A stretch of 64,000 nt of DNA, from assembly GCA_013239625.1 (NCBI GenBank), contig MU053559.1, positions 3,412,607 to 3,476,606 on the forward strand. Reading direction: 5' to 3'. The notes under the pieces are model-generated. The model saw only the letters and a program-made list of their open reading frames with translations. It made no database searches and had not been told where the DNA came from. The DNA is from Lama guanicoe (taxonomy: Eukaryota). The translations under genes and the position numbers were made by a program. This document shows positions 1 through 11,960 of the stretch, in pieces; position 1 is the first letter of the stretch; each line of letters begins with the position of its first letter.

Positions 1-1610
1 TCTTTATTCACAGAAATAAAACAAACCTATTGTTAAAACTTCTACTCTTTTTTTTCCCAACAGAAGTGAATCCCCCAAAGACATATCTTAATTAAGGTAG
101 CATAAGAAAAATGGCAGCAATAACTATAAAAATGATGCAAGATAAATATGGGCATTCTGTGCAGCTTAATTTATTATGACTTTAAAAGGTTTGCAAGACC
201 TCGCCTTGCTTCTGTGAAACATAGTGCATTTTTTGCAATTCCCCTCAGTTATAAATTAATATAAGCCATTAGGGATGAAGCTAAGGGTGGATGAAGGCTA
301 TCTCATGGGGAATATGCGGCACCTGAGAAAATGAACAGCTGTTGTGTATGGACCCCAACTAGTCCCACAAATGATACAACTTGTCACAAAACTAGTCTCC
401 GCAGAGGCATATTAATTTCTAATAAATAAACCCAGCCACATTCCCATGTCTCTTTACCCAGAGGAGTTTTGGTATATGTATCAAGGAGCTATACAGGGCC
501 ACCCTGCATGAGAGCTCCGTGCTGACACCGAGCTCTTCCCTTTGGGAAAGTCTAAATTCCCAACTGAGATTATGTGCTGATGAGAAGCAAAGCTAACGTG
601 TCTGCAGGCTGGGTACCCATTATGAGTATACCCCAAAGTTTCCCTTTCGGAAATAGAAGAAAGCCTCCAAATCTCTCTAGTTCCCACTGCAACAAAGTAA
701 AATCTAGGGAGCTTTCAGAAAAATAGGGAGTCGTTGAAGCAATATGTCAGTTTTTCCCCTTCGGTCATACAAGGTTGCTGAGAGAGGCGTGAGGGAGTTT
801 AGCAACTTACTGGGGGAGGCTTGAATGGGTCCTTGAGTTGAAAGGGAGCTCAGAGATTACTCATCTAGGCCTCTGCTACCTTAGTTCGGAGAAGAGGAGA
901 CCAGAGTGGAAGGTGGAGGTGGTTTATCGACTCAGTTGAAGCCACCGGAGTTGGGAGGGGCAAAACTGAAACTCGAACCAGTTCACCCGGTTGTCTACCC
1001 TGTACTCTTCTACCCCCTCACGATGCCTTGGCCATCAAGTTCCGTCATGCCTTACAAACCTGCTGGCTTTAGCTTTGCTGAAATTAGTTAATTCTCTAAT
1101 ACTTTGTCTACTTTTCCGTTTCCTTGCTATCCCAAATTTCATAGATCATAATTGTCACCATCAAAATAAGACTCAAGCTTTCCTTGGATGAAAGATGCAT
1201 TCCTAGATAAGAAGAGTTTTCATTAAAATGGCGTGTGCACAAAGACACTTTACTATGGCAGCTGAACTGGAAGATGTATGAAAGCATGTGAAATTGCAGC
1301 TAAAATTGTGTTCTTAGTGACTATGCTAAATTTCCTGTACTTGATGAATGAATATATTTACTCTAGTCAAAATCACTTTGGTTTAAACGCCTCAACAATA
1401 TCTTTCTCTTTTTTTTACATGTATTTGTGATTTGCACTATTGATGGGGGGTTGTTCTAGGACTGCAGGAGTTGTTGCCAATGTGTGATTTGTGTTTTTAT
1501 TTTATAGAATCCTCTAATGTGATATGCCGATTTTTATATAAGCGATATTTAGATAATTCTAATAACCATATATTTGACAGCCTATTAAAATGTTTTGCAT
1601 TGGAGAAAAA
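1..1610 (+). other. Probable distal 3' UTR / terminal exon of an unidentified upstream gene
   Basis: No recognisable repeat in about 1.9 kb. U-rich end with TTTGCACTA (1431-1439), TGTA motifs and ATTAAA at 1584-1589. Gene not recognised. Confidence 0.4.
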
Positions 1611-1949
1611 GAATAGCTTTCACTTCAGACATCCTCTGTGAAATGGCCTGGACATGCTAAATATGCCCCAGGACTTGGTACCTGCAAAGCAGTTACCAGA
1701 GCTGTGTGTTTCTTTAGGTTATAATTTGTACTCAGGATTGGAAGCGACTTCTGATGCCAGTCAAGGTCTTGTGGGACCCATTAACGTGCTAAATGTATTA
1801 GCGAACAGAAAGGCACATCAAGGCATAAGCCCTACTCCCAGGAACCTTATGAGGTTATTGGTAAGACAAGACCAGCCGACGTGAAACAATGCTAAGTTGT
1901 GCATCAGAAAAGAGAAGAACGAACCACGGTCTGCTGAAGCCAGCGGTTT

Positions 1950-2145
1950 TACATAATATTATCACGCCTGTTCCTCACAACAATGCAGATGACGTAGTTG
2001 TACTTATTTTGATTTTAAAGATGAGGAAATGGAGGCTCAGAGAGGTGAGGCAGTTTCCCTAAGTTCACCCAGCGAGAAGCGTTTGAGCTGGAATGCAAGC
2101 ATAGGCAGTCTTACTCCAAAGTCCAGGCAAGCTTCATCCCACCAC
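1950..2145 (-). mobile_element. MIR SINE
   Basis: Reverse MIR core 'agatgaggaaatggaggctcagagaggtgaggcagtttccctaagttcacccagc'. Confidence 0.8.
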
Positions 2146-2439
2146 GTTGCCTTCCGTATACTTTGCGGCACAGGCCACGTGGGTCAGGGGACCCCCGGAT
2201 GGGAGGGAGTTTCCTGAGGCTTAGAGTACTGTACCGAGGAAAGATGACAGAGAACGTGTGGGATCCAACTTGGGTCCCGGTGCGGATAAGCAGAGGAGAG
2301 AAAACCAGGGGAAGAAACATAATGAGCAAAGGCCAAGATGAGGGACACTCAAGAACTTCATAAATGCTTTCTACTTCTTGGATGCTGGCTGAGTGTTCTA
2401 CAGAGCATCCCATTTAATTCTCCCCCAAAACACTGGAAT

Positions 2440-2710
2440 CATCCAAAGGCAAACTTTCAGCCTTCGTGTTACTTACTGGCAGTATTGGACCCAGTGGATC
2501 ACTCCCTCCCCCTTGAATCGCTCTTCTTAGCATCCAGGACACTTGGTTCTCTGAGTTTTCATCTTATTTCTCTTCTCATTCTTCCTCGTTTACCTGACTT
2601 CTAATTGTTGGAGTGCCCCAGGCCTCGGAGCTTGGACCCCTTCTCTTTTCTAGCTAAACCCACTCCTTGGGTGATCTCATTTAATCTGAATAATTGTTTC
2701 AATATCATAA
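2440..2710 (+). mobile_element. L2 LINE, reverse-transcriptase fragment (5' part of a split element)
   Basis: Translates to AVLDPVDHSLPLE and to GVPQASELGPLLF (from 2610), matching L2 RT motifs AAFDTVDHSLLLE and GVPQGSVLGPLLF. Confidence 0.85.
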
Positions 2711-4033
2711 CTAGCCAATCGAAATGGTTGAAATATCATAAATCGTGTATGCGGACACACATGAAATTGCCAGAACTTCCAGGACTGACCAAGATAGAGT
2801 AAGCTCATTTAGTCTATCTCTCCCACTGATTACAACTGAAGACTCTGGACAGAACACACAAAGCAACTACCTGATGACTTTGGAAGGTAAAAAGCAGCAG
2901 GTAGACAGGGGAGGGCAGTCAAAACTTGAAGAACAATGAGTACCAGTGAGATTCCTTTTCTTTTTTTCCTTTTGTGTCTTTCGTCTTGATATCAGGGTGG
3001 CCTGGAGACCTGAGTCGCAGAATTTTGAAGTGGGGGTGGGCACACAAAGCTCCAACAGAAATCCCACTCTTTCTGGATCCCTGAGAGCCGAGAGTATGGG
3101 AGAAGCCTCATTTTTTTTTTTTCCTCTCCTGGCTTTGTCCTGAGGCCACCCCCATCGTGGATCTGCACTGCTTTGGTGACAGTGTTAGTGATGGTGCAGA
3201 CACTCGAACCTTGTCTCTCTGACTAGTGGAACCAGAAAAGGGATCCCTGGATGTGAAGAGTGTAGGAGGAATGCCCAGTAATTTTGTTCTTGTTGCTTTA
3301 CACTGAGGATGGCTCCAGTGATACAGAGCTGTATGACAATATGGTGGAGGAGAGAGAACTAACAATCCGAGAAAAATCCATTTCTCTGACCAAAGGAATT
3401 GGGAAAGGGGGACCTTGGGAGCCAGAGACTGTGGAGAAAATCCCAGAGAGAAAAAATTGGAAAAGGGAATCCCTCTAATTCTGTGCATGAACTAACACAA
3501 GTCCTGGGCCCACCCCCAAGCTGTGAATGAGCAGCACAGACTCAAAGGAAGCAGAGTAAAATCTCTGAGAACCGAGCTATGATACAAACCACTCCCAAGT
3601 CCCAAATGCACTCCTGAGTGTCACATGTACCGGGACCATCAAAACAATGGCATCGGATCCTGAAATGATCGTTGAACCACTGCCCACAGAAAGTAGGACA
3701 AAACTTATGGTCTTAACCTAACTGTGTTTATTTCTTGCTAAAACAACAACAAAATCTATTGACATTCCATTCTCAAGAGGATTTTAACAGGATTTAACCA
3801 GTCTCATAATACTCAATATGTCCAGAAAGCAATCTAAAATTATTTAACTTACAAAGAACCCAAAAAATCTGACCAATTCTCAGGAGAAAGAGCAGTCAAT
3901 ACCGTGATGATCCAGATGTTGGAATTAGCAAAGATTTTCAAGCAGCTGTCATAACCATGTTCCATGAAGTAAGGGTGAACATCCTCGAAATGAATGGAAA
4001 GACAGAAACTCTCAAAAGGAAAACAGAAACTAC

Positions 4034-4115
4034 GAAAAGAAAAGAAAAGAAAAGAAAAGAAAAGAAAAGAAAAGAAAAGAAAAGCAAAGCAAAGCAAAGC
4101 AAAGCAAAGCAAAGC
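4034..4115. repeat. Compound microsatellite (GAAAA)n(AAAGC)7
   Basis: Directly visible pentamer arrays. Confidence 0.97.
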
Positions 4116-4332
4116 AAATCGAAATTTTAGGACTGAAAAATATACCTTGAAATTTAAAGAAAAATCACTGGATAACTTCAATAGCAGAATGAAGATGATA
4201 GAAAAAAAAGTAAGTGAACTTAAAAATAGGTGATTAGAAATTATCCAATCTGAAGAACTAGAAGAGGGTTAAAATTTAAAAGGAAAGTAGAGATTCAACA
4301 AATGGTGCTGGAACAATTGGACACCCAATATA

Positions 4333-4350
4333 NNNNNNNNNNNNNNNNNN
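4333..4350. other. Assembly gap (18 N) followed by poly-A
   Basis: Run of N. Confidence 1.
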
Positions 4351-5896
4351 AAAAAAAAAAAAAAAAGTACCTTGACCATACCTCAAGCCTTATAAAAAAT
4401 TAACTAAAAATGATTAATAGACCTAGATATAAAACATAAATCCATACAACTTTTAAAAGAATATAAAGGAGAATATCTTTATGACCTTAATTTAGGCAAT
4501 GACTTCTTGGATATGAAAGCAAAATCATGATCTGTAAAAGAAAAAAAAATGATAAACTGGGCTTCATCAAAATCTAAAACTTTCTCTCTGCCAAAAACAC
4601 CTTTAAGAGAATAAGAAGACAAGCTACAGACCTGCAAAATATATTTACAAATCACATATCTGACAAAGGACATGTAAGCAGACTATATAAAGAATTTTAC
4701 GTACTCAACAGTATGAAAACAAATAACCCAATTGAACATGGGCAAAGATTTTAATGGATACCTCACCAAAGAAGATATTTGTATGGAAAATAAGCACATG
4801 AAAAGACACTCAACATCATTATTCATAAGGGAAAGGCAAATGAAAGCCACAATGAAATACTATTACACACCTATTAGAGTGGTTAAAAAATAACTTTAGA
4901 AAGAATTTAATATGATATTACTGGGGAAAACACAAAATGGTACAGTCACTTTGGAAAAGAGTTGGCAGTTTCTTGTAAGTTAAACATACATACATTGTTT
5001 GATCCAGCATTCCTACTCTGCATTATATACACAAGAAAACTGAAAACTTTTGTTAACACAGAAAACCATGAATGTTTATACCGGCTTTGTCATAATTGCT
5101 ACTGAGACCACTCAGATGTCCTTCAATGGGTCAACGGGTGAACAAACTATGGTATATCCATATAATGGAATACTACTCAGCAATTAAAAGTAATGAACTA
5201 TTGATAAACACGACATGGATGAATCTCAAATGCATTACGCTGAACAAAAGAAACCAGATTCAAAATGCTATATGCCATATGATTTTATTTATATGACATT
5301 CTGGAAGAGGCAAAACTCTAGGGATGGAGAATGGATCAGTGATCACCAAGGGCTGGGGATGAGGGATGGGTTTGAGTACAAAGGGATGACATGAAGGATA
5401 TTATCAGGACAATGGAACCATTAAGTACCTTAATGGTAGTGGTGATATGATCATGCACTTTTCAAAGCTCATAAAACTGAGCAACAAGAAGATTTTTTCT
5501 GTAAGTTAAGAAATAAAGTTTAAAATTCCTCCAAATGTGGCTCTCCAGATCAGATAGCTCCCTCTAGGCATATATGATATCTAGACTTGGATGTTTAACA
5601 AGCATCTTAAATCTAATGTGTCCTAAAGCAAACTCCTGATCTTTTCCCCAAAACCTGTTCCATTTCTAGCCTTCCCCATCTCCGTAGATGGCAGTTCCAC
5701 TCTTCTAGATGTTCAGATCAAAATACTTGGAGCCATTCCTGACTTCCCTCTTTATTTTATATCCCATATTCAATCTACCATAAACCCAGTTGTCTCTATG
5801 CCTCAAAAACATATTCAGAATCTCATTTCTCCCATTCCTATCAACCTGGTCCAAGTCATCATTGTTTTGCAATGACATCCTCACTAGACTCAGTGC

Positions 5897-6005
5897 TCGT
5901 GCTGGGCACAGAGATGTGCCACCCAGTAGCCTCTTCCAGGAAAGACTTGCTGTCCCTCTGTTGGAAGCGCTGGCAGCAGAGAGCCTTCAGCTGTTAGAGT
6001 CCCAT
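5897..6005 (-). mobile_element. ERVL LTR fragment (LTR16-like)
   Basis: 'gggcacagagatgtgccacccag...aggaaagacttgctg...cagcagagagccttcagctgt' resembles an LTR16 terminus; strand uncertain. Confidence 0.55.
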
Positions 6006-6125
6006 CACTCCCTCCCATCCAAAGACATAGGCCTCCTTGCTCCTTCCCAAGTAGGCAGGCAAAAGACCTGCCTCAGAGCCTTTGCACCTGCTGTTCTCTT
6101 GCTTAACCACTTCTTAGATACCCTC

Positions 6126-6562
6126 TGTATTAATTTCCTAGGGCTGCCATGAAAAGCCCCACAAGCTAGGTGGCTTAAAACAAAAGAAATTGATTCTCTC
6201 ATTGTTCTGGAGGCCAGAGGTCTGAAACCCAGGTGCCACAAGGCCATGATCCCTCTGAAATCTCTGGAAGAGAATCCTTTCTTGCTTCTTCTAGTTTCTG
6301 GTGGCTCCAGGCGTTCCTTGACTTGTGGCCACATCACCCCAATCTCTGCCTCCATCTTCACATGGCCTTTTCTGTGCCTCTGTTGTGGGACCCACGTCAT
6401 TAGATTTAGAGCCCACTGGGATAATCCAGGATGATCTCATCTCGAGAACTTTAAGTTAATCATGTCTGCAAAGACCCTTTTCCCCAATAAAGTCACATTC
6501 TTAGTTTCCAGGGATTAGAACATGGACATAGCCTTTTGGGGACCCCCATTCAACCCACTACA
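6126..6562 (-). mobile_element. MaLR solo LTR (MLT1C-like)
   Basis: TG...CA termini; perfect 5-bp TSD CCCTC (6121-6125 / 6563-6567); reverse complement starts tgtagtgggttgaatgg. Confidence 0.92.
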
Positions 6563-6639
6563 CCCTCTTAGCTCACTCCTTCACTTCCTTCAGATCTTTC
6601 CTCAGAAGTTGCCATCAGTATATTTTACTCCTTTCTTCT

Positions 6640-6738
6640 TTTTTATTGAAGTAGAGTTGATTTACAACATTGTGTCAGTTTCTGGTGTACAGCATAGTGA
6701 TTCAGTTACACATATTTACCCCTTTATTCTTTATTATT
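6640..6738 (-). mobile_element. Short L1 3' tail (lineage-specific)
   Basis: 'ttttattgaagtagagttgatttacaacattgtgtcagtttctggtgtacagcatagtgattcag'; the same tail recurs at 10.2, 19.5, 28.8, 36.0, 43.4 and 49.4 kb. Confidence 0.88.
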
Positions 6739-7039
6739 AAAATAAGCCTGCCTCCCCAGAAGAATCGGCAGGATTTTTTTTTTTAATTTGTTGTATTCAC
6801 TGCTGCATCTCCATCCCCTAGAACAACACCCGGTGCAGTAGTAGCGTGGAATGAATAATCATCCTTATTTTATAAATGCTTACACAGGCATAGGGAGGTC
6901 AAATAATTTGTCCAAGTGTGTCATTCAAAGCAAAGTTTCTCACACCAAAATCCATGCTTCTAATGTGATGACAAACCATCTGGACCAGGACGATTCCCTA
7001 GTGCGGCAATGGCCTCCCGGGACGTCTATTGTCTCGGGG

Positions 7040-7340
7040 TTGAGGAAACACTGAAGTGACTTCTTATCCTTAGACTATCTGGAACACACGAGGCATGTCC
7101 CTCATCTAAAGGTCTTCCCTGATCTCTATTTCTCTGGGTAACACTCCGTGGTAAAGAAGTTTTCCCTTCTAACTAGCCCGAATCTTTCACGCTGCAGTAC
7201 AGCTTTGTTTCTCCTTCTGTCCTGAGTGGCCCAAGAGAGCAGCTGCTCTCCAGTTCTCTTGCATTTGGAGATTATTATCAGGTCGCCCTGCAGGCATTGC
7301 TTGTCCAGACAAAACACGCCAGACAAGTTCTTTTGCTTTT
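7040..7340 (-). mobile_element. CR1/L3 LINE, ORF2 C-terminal fragment
   Basis: ORF 7126-7326 reads GVFCLDKQCLQGDLIIISK...LQRERFGLVRRENFFT, matching the CR1 pattern GLFSLEKRRLRGDLI...LQQGRFRLDIRKNFFT. Confidence 0.85.
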
Positions 7341-8183
7341 TCCAGAAATCTCATTTTATTGTTTCCCTTCCTCTCCCCTCTCCCCTTCCCTGCAATAGGT
7401 TTCTGATAAAATGCAGGATGAGATTTTTGGCTTGTAGCATGCACTACCCTTAGGTGATGCTCTATAAATAATGAATGGAACAGAACAACATTTTTTAAAA
7501 TGCGTGTTTTGGCACAAATTCAATTAGTGGTGTTGGCACTTGCTAACTTAGCAAATAAATGCATTTTCCCTGGCAACCAACCCCGGACTCCAGCTCTTAA
7601 TGCTTCCTTTTTCTGGGAGTCCTATTTACAAACTGTACTTTTATAAACAGCAGAGAGTGCTCAGAGGGAGAAGGGAGAGGCAGGTGACAGTCGCACCCGA
7701 TTCCCAGGTAGGGAGACCAAGGTGGGAACAGACGTGCCCCTCCAGGATGGACAGACCGCATGGGGCTTCCCCATCCTGGGTCGCACTGATTCAGAGAGCT
7801 CCGGAGGCCAAAGGCATTTGCTCTGGAGAGCAAGGCCAGATAAAATCCAAGCTGATGTTTGGATGGACATTATTTTGGGCTCCATCAGCCAGATTCTCAG
7901 CCTATGAAGCTCTGTGGCAATGTGCATGGAGCCTCATCTCAGGCTCGTTGATGGGAATTTCTACAATAAGTGAAGCTGAAGCCAAAATTCTCAACCAATA
8001 TAACTCTGTGAATTCCCATAGAATTACGTCAGTTGAGAATCTGGCCTATGTGTATATGCATGTATATAATTCACATTATTTTATGAGGTCAGTCATCAAG
8101 ATGACCATAAAAGTAGAGATGACCATAAAAGTCTCTTCAATACATTACTTTTTTTTTTTTTTGGAAGGGTAATGATTTTAGAA

Positions 8184-8227
<44 letters not shown>
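8184..8227. repeat. (GT)n(AT)n microsatellite
   Basis: Directly visible. Confidence 0.97.
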
Positions 8228-8230
<3 letters not shown>

Positions 8231-9458
8231 AGAATAAGGAAACTCTGTGTTATTTGAATCCACTGGGGGCAGTTGTGACTTTGTTCTGTTTGATTTTATT
8301 TTGTTTCTGTCTTTCCAGGGAGTTTTGTTTTCCTCCATTTTTTGTTTGTTTGTTTGTTTGATTGCGGTACAATGAGGCCAGTTTTGGACAGTTCTCATCC
8401 ACCCTGGACAGATAGATGATGAGTTCTTGAAATTGTTCAGAAAGCACTTGAGAGAGAATTCCATTCAGGAAGTTCCAAACACTAGAGCAATTTGGACTTG
8501 GCTGTCGGGGCCTCCCCCAGTGCAGGTGGCTTTTATCTTTATTACAGATTGTTCAGTGAAACATTTTGGTCACTTGAGTTTGTTTTCAATGTAACATTTA
8601 AACCTGTAAAGAATAAATCCCATATGTGTGAAAGGGAATAACAGCAGAAAAGGAGACATGGAAACTTTCACCTTCTCCCTCCAGCCATTGGTTTGGGGCC
8701 AGCCCGGCTCTGTATTGGCAGAACATATCAGCCTTTCAATAAATGCCATTTCTTGTGCTGCGTAAAAAAGGTTGGTGGTCTGGGTCTGGTGGGTCTATGT
8801 GGGTAACGGCCTCTATCACTGGCTTGAACCCAACAGGGCTGATTCCAGGGCACAAAAGCTGAAGAGGGGCTGGACTCAATGGAGAGTGTCTCCCATGTCC
8901 CTGGGTCGAGGCTAATGTGAGACACCTTTAATGACTTTTCACTGCCTCCTCTCATCTTACTGTGTAGACGGCTTTTCTTCCCAGGGATGTGGGTGGTGTC
9001 TGTCCTCTGTGGTTTCAAGCGTCTCTCATGTTTCAAAGGCATTCAGTTCAACCAATGACTGAGTGGATTCTATACCCTCTGGGCCCCGGGGTGGGCTCTA
9101 ATCTGAAAGGGCAGGTCCAAGCCTTAAGGAGCTCATACCCTGGCAGGAATGGGGGAGGCCGGGGCCATGGCCTGCTCGTGGCCTCCTGCAGCTGAGCATC
9201 AATGAAGTGCAGTGGACTGTGGCTCAGGGGACAGGGAAGGATCCAGCAGAGAGGAAATGGTCCAAGATTAAGATCTTAAAAGATGAGTACTTTGATGAGA
9301 TGAGAAAAAAGACTTTGTCAGGAGGTGGAGGTGGGGAGAGAATGTTCTAGGCTGAGGAAACCCCATGTGCAAAAGCACAAAATAGTCAAAGATGTGTATG
9401 GTTTTGGGAATCCCTTCGGTGGCTGCCAATTAGCTGTTATGCTAAAGGGCAGGCATGG

Positions 9459-9462
9459 CTCT

Positions 9463-9496
<34 letters not shown>
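9459..9496. repeat. (CTT)n microsatellite at a SINE tail
   Basis: Directly visible. Confidence 0.95.
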
Positions 9497-9628
9497 GGTT
9501 TGTTTGCTTTTTGAGGGGAAATAATTAGGCTTATTTATTTATCTATTTTAATGGAGGTACTGGGGATTGAACCAAGGACCTTGTGCTTGTTAGTCATGCA
9601 CTCTTACCACTGAGCTATACCGTCCCTC
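9497..9628 (-). mobile_element. tRNA-Ala-derived SINE (Vic-1-like), long-tail form
   Basis: Reverse complement reads gtatagctcagtggtaagagtgcatgactaacaagcacaaggtccttggttcaatccccagtacctcca, then an AT-rich tail; pol III A and B boxes. Confidence 0.9.
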
Positions 9629-9907
9629 CTTCCTTAAACATTCTTAACTCCATGGGCCAAGCCTTTTCACATTGCTGCATATTTGTATTTGCTACCTTAA
9701 ATCACCTTTTCCCAGCTCCTGTTTCTGGCTAACTCTCTCATCCTTTAGAACTCCTCCTAAACTTGTCCAGGATCCCTCTCTGATTCCTCTTCTCTGCAGA
9801 GGTGACATTTGATGTCCCTCATGGCTCAGTATTGTCATTGCTGAGCCCCTTGTAGCAGAGACTGGGCCTCTCAGACTTGTGTCCAAAGCACCTAATACAT
9901 TGCCTAG

Positions 9908-10559
9908 TGTTGGGGAGGAAAAAGTTTTCCTCTACACTCTTAGGTTCAGTAATTGGAGGCCTGCAAATTAAACTGACAAATGACAGCTTAGCAAGGAGGG
10001 TGGGAAAGCAGATTTAATTAAGTACCTATGCTCAGAAGTTCACAAAGTAATGTGACTTGAGGAGGCAGTTAGAATTTTTATGTATTGTCTTAAAAGGAGA
10101 GGGGGAGGGACAGAGGAGCAATTCTGGGAGAACAAATGACTTTTAGGGAAAACAAATAGGCACTTATGAGAGTAGATGGGAGATATGACAGTTTTATGAC
10201 AATATCTGTTTAAGTGATTTTTAAAAATTGAATTATAGTCAGTTTGCAATGCTGTGTCAATTTCTGGTACACAGCACAATTTTTCAGTCATACGTGAATA
10301 TACATAATATTCATGTTTAAGTGATTTCTTATCCAGATGCTGACTTGTATTTACTCCTCCTCTTGAGTGATAAGAGTAAATTGTCCCTGGTTGTGAAACT
10401 CCTGTGAGGAGATTTATGATAGTTGAATTATTTGGGGAAGTTTGTCTTTAGGACGATAAGGGGGAGGTTAGAAAAAGTGTCTTCCTGCAGCCGTAGAATC
10501 TCAAATGTCTTTGGTTCCAAAATAATCCTTATATCACCAGGGTATATTCTGAACTCGCA
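9908..10559 (-). mobile_element. ERV1-class solo LTR inserted into an L2 3' end
   Basis: TG...CA termini ('tgttggggaggaaaaagttttcctctac' ... 'gaactcgca'). It splits the L2 terminus 'tgcctag | cacgtagtagatgctc'. Confidence 0.7.
10221..10313 (-). mobile_element. 93-bp L1 3' tail inside the LTR
   Basis: Perfect 14-bp TSD TGTTTAAGTGATTT (10207-10220 / 10314-10327). Confidence 0.92.
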
Positions 10560-10604
10560 TAAGCACGTAGTAGATGCTCCAAAAACATTTGGTGAGCAAA
10601 TAAA

Positions 10605-11960
10605 GTATTCCAGACCTGCTCCTTTCCCAGCATTTTCCCTCTCAGTAAAAGGGGCCATCATTGGCTAGTTGCCCAAGCTGTAAACCCGGAACTCAGCCTT
10701 GATCGCTCTCTTGTGCCACATCCAATTCATTAGCTGTTCTCATTAGCTCTGCCTCCATCTACACTACCATCCCTGCCTCTCAGGAACCATCATCTTTTGT
10801 CTGGACAATTACAAGAGCCTCTTAATGTGTGTCTCCCGACTTCCACACTTGTCCCCACATACCCACCACCCACACAGAAGCCAGAGTGACCTTTTTAAAG
10901 GGCAAATCTGCATATGTCTCTTTTAGCCCCAGATTCCCCCAGAAAATAGAGTCTGTGGTAAATCTCACGTGGTACTAGGATATTAGGGTACGCCATCCCA
11001 GGAACTTGGAGTGAGGGACAAAAGAAGTGAGGCAGGGAAGGATGGCGAGTCACTGGAGGTGGATTATGGATTTAGTATCAAGTGAAACTGATTGGTCCAG
11101 CTGATGGATTGGCTTCTGAGAAGCCGTGTAAGGATGTCCAGCATCTCAAGGCAGTCTGTCCAGGGGGAGGAAGCGGGAGGAAGGAGGAGGAATCTATCAA
11201 CTCCTAGCTCCTGTGGGTCAAAATATATCAACTCCCCATAAGACATCAACTCCCTGCACTCAGGGGTTGCACATGTATGGACTCTGTCCATGCCTCCTTG
11301 TCAAGGGGGAAAATCCGAGGGGAGATAAGAGGAACAGGAAGGAGACAGGAGGTGATGTGGTGTTGGATTGTGTGTATACGCAGGTAACCATGGAGCTCAT
11401 ACAAAGCTGGTCATCACTGTACCGGGGCAGACAAGCTAGCCAGAAGGCTCAGTCAACAGGTGAGGCTGAGAAGATTTTAAGTGATGTCTGAGAGGCATCC
11501 GATCTAATGACACTCTCCTTCCTCAAGCCCCCCAGGGGCTTCCTGTTCATCTTCTCTAATATGCCTGCCCTATGAGGCTCCTCATCCTCCAACTTGTCTG
11601 AGCCTATCCCTTCTTGAGACATCTCCTTCAGCCACACTGACCTTCTGGCTGTTTCTTGAATATACCAACCTTGTTTTTCACCCCAGGAGCTCCACATTCA
11701 CTGGTCTCCCTCCTTGCAAAACTGTCCTCTCAGGTTCCCACAGAGGTGGTCTACTTGTCATGGAGGTCGATCTCCAAAAGTCCCCTCCTGAGAGACTCCT
11801 TCTCTGGTCACCTACCTCCATCCAGTCACTCTCTATCAAATCACATGGTTTTATTTTCCCCAAAGTATTCATCTCCATCCATAGTAGCCCCAGTCATTCC
11901 TTTGCTTGCATAATGTCGCTCTCCCATGACTAGGATGGGAATGCTGTGCAGACGTAGAGC
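10605..11960 (+). mobile_element. L2 LINE 3' region split by an ERVL LTR
   Basis: 'cagaagccagagtgacctttttaaagggcaaatctg' resumes near 11500 as 'atgacactctccttcctcaagccccccaggggcttcc'; then 'cagccacactgaccttctggctgtttcttgaa'. Confidence 0.75.
10912..11500 (-). mobile_element. ERVL LTR (LTR40/LTR33-group-like)
   Basis: 'agattcccccagaaaatagagtctg...catcccaggaacttggagtgagggacaaaagaagtgaggcagggaagg' is typical of reversed ERVL LTR ends. Confidence 0.6.

Larger units (their letters stand above)
2775..5525 (+). mobile_element. Ancient L1 (L1MC/MD/ME-like): 5' UTR and ORF1 start joined to ORF2 C-terminus and 3' UTR
   Basis: L1M-type 5' end 'acttccaggactgaccaagatagagtaag'; ORF1-like 3890-4270; ORF2 motif FNKWCWNNW at 4294-4320; typical 'aatggaatactactcagcaattaaaag' 3' region. 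Confidence 0.85.
5530..6860 (+). mobile_element. L2 LINE 3' part, interrupted by LTR16-like, MLT1C and an L1 tail
   Basis: L2-like 'cttggatgtttaacaagcatcttaaatctaatgtgtcc', 'gcctttgcacctgctgttc' and 3' end 'ttcactgctgcatctccatcccctagaaca...gaatgaat'. Confidence 0.8.

Noticed and set aside
3849..4233. Lys/Arg-rich and Phe-rich ORFs
   Set aside because: They are translations of the (GAAAA)n(AAAGC)n microsatellite within decayed L1 ORF1.
7600..8172. 190-aa ORF as a protein-coding gene
   Set aside because: No recognisable homology; it runs through a tandem duplication and poly-T; no convincing exon structure.
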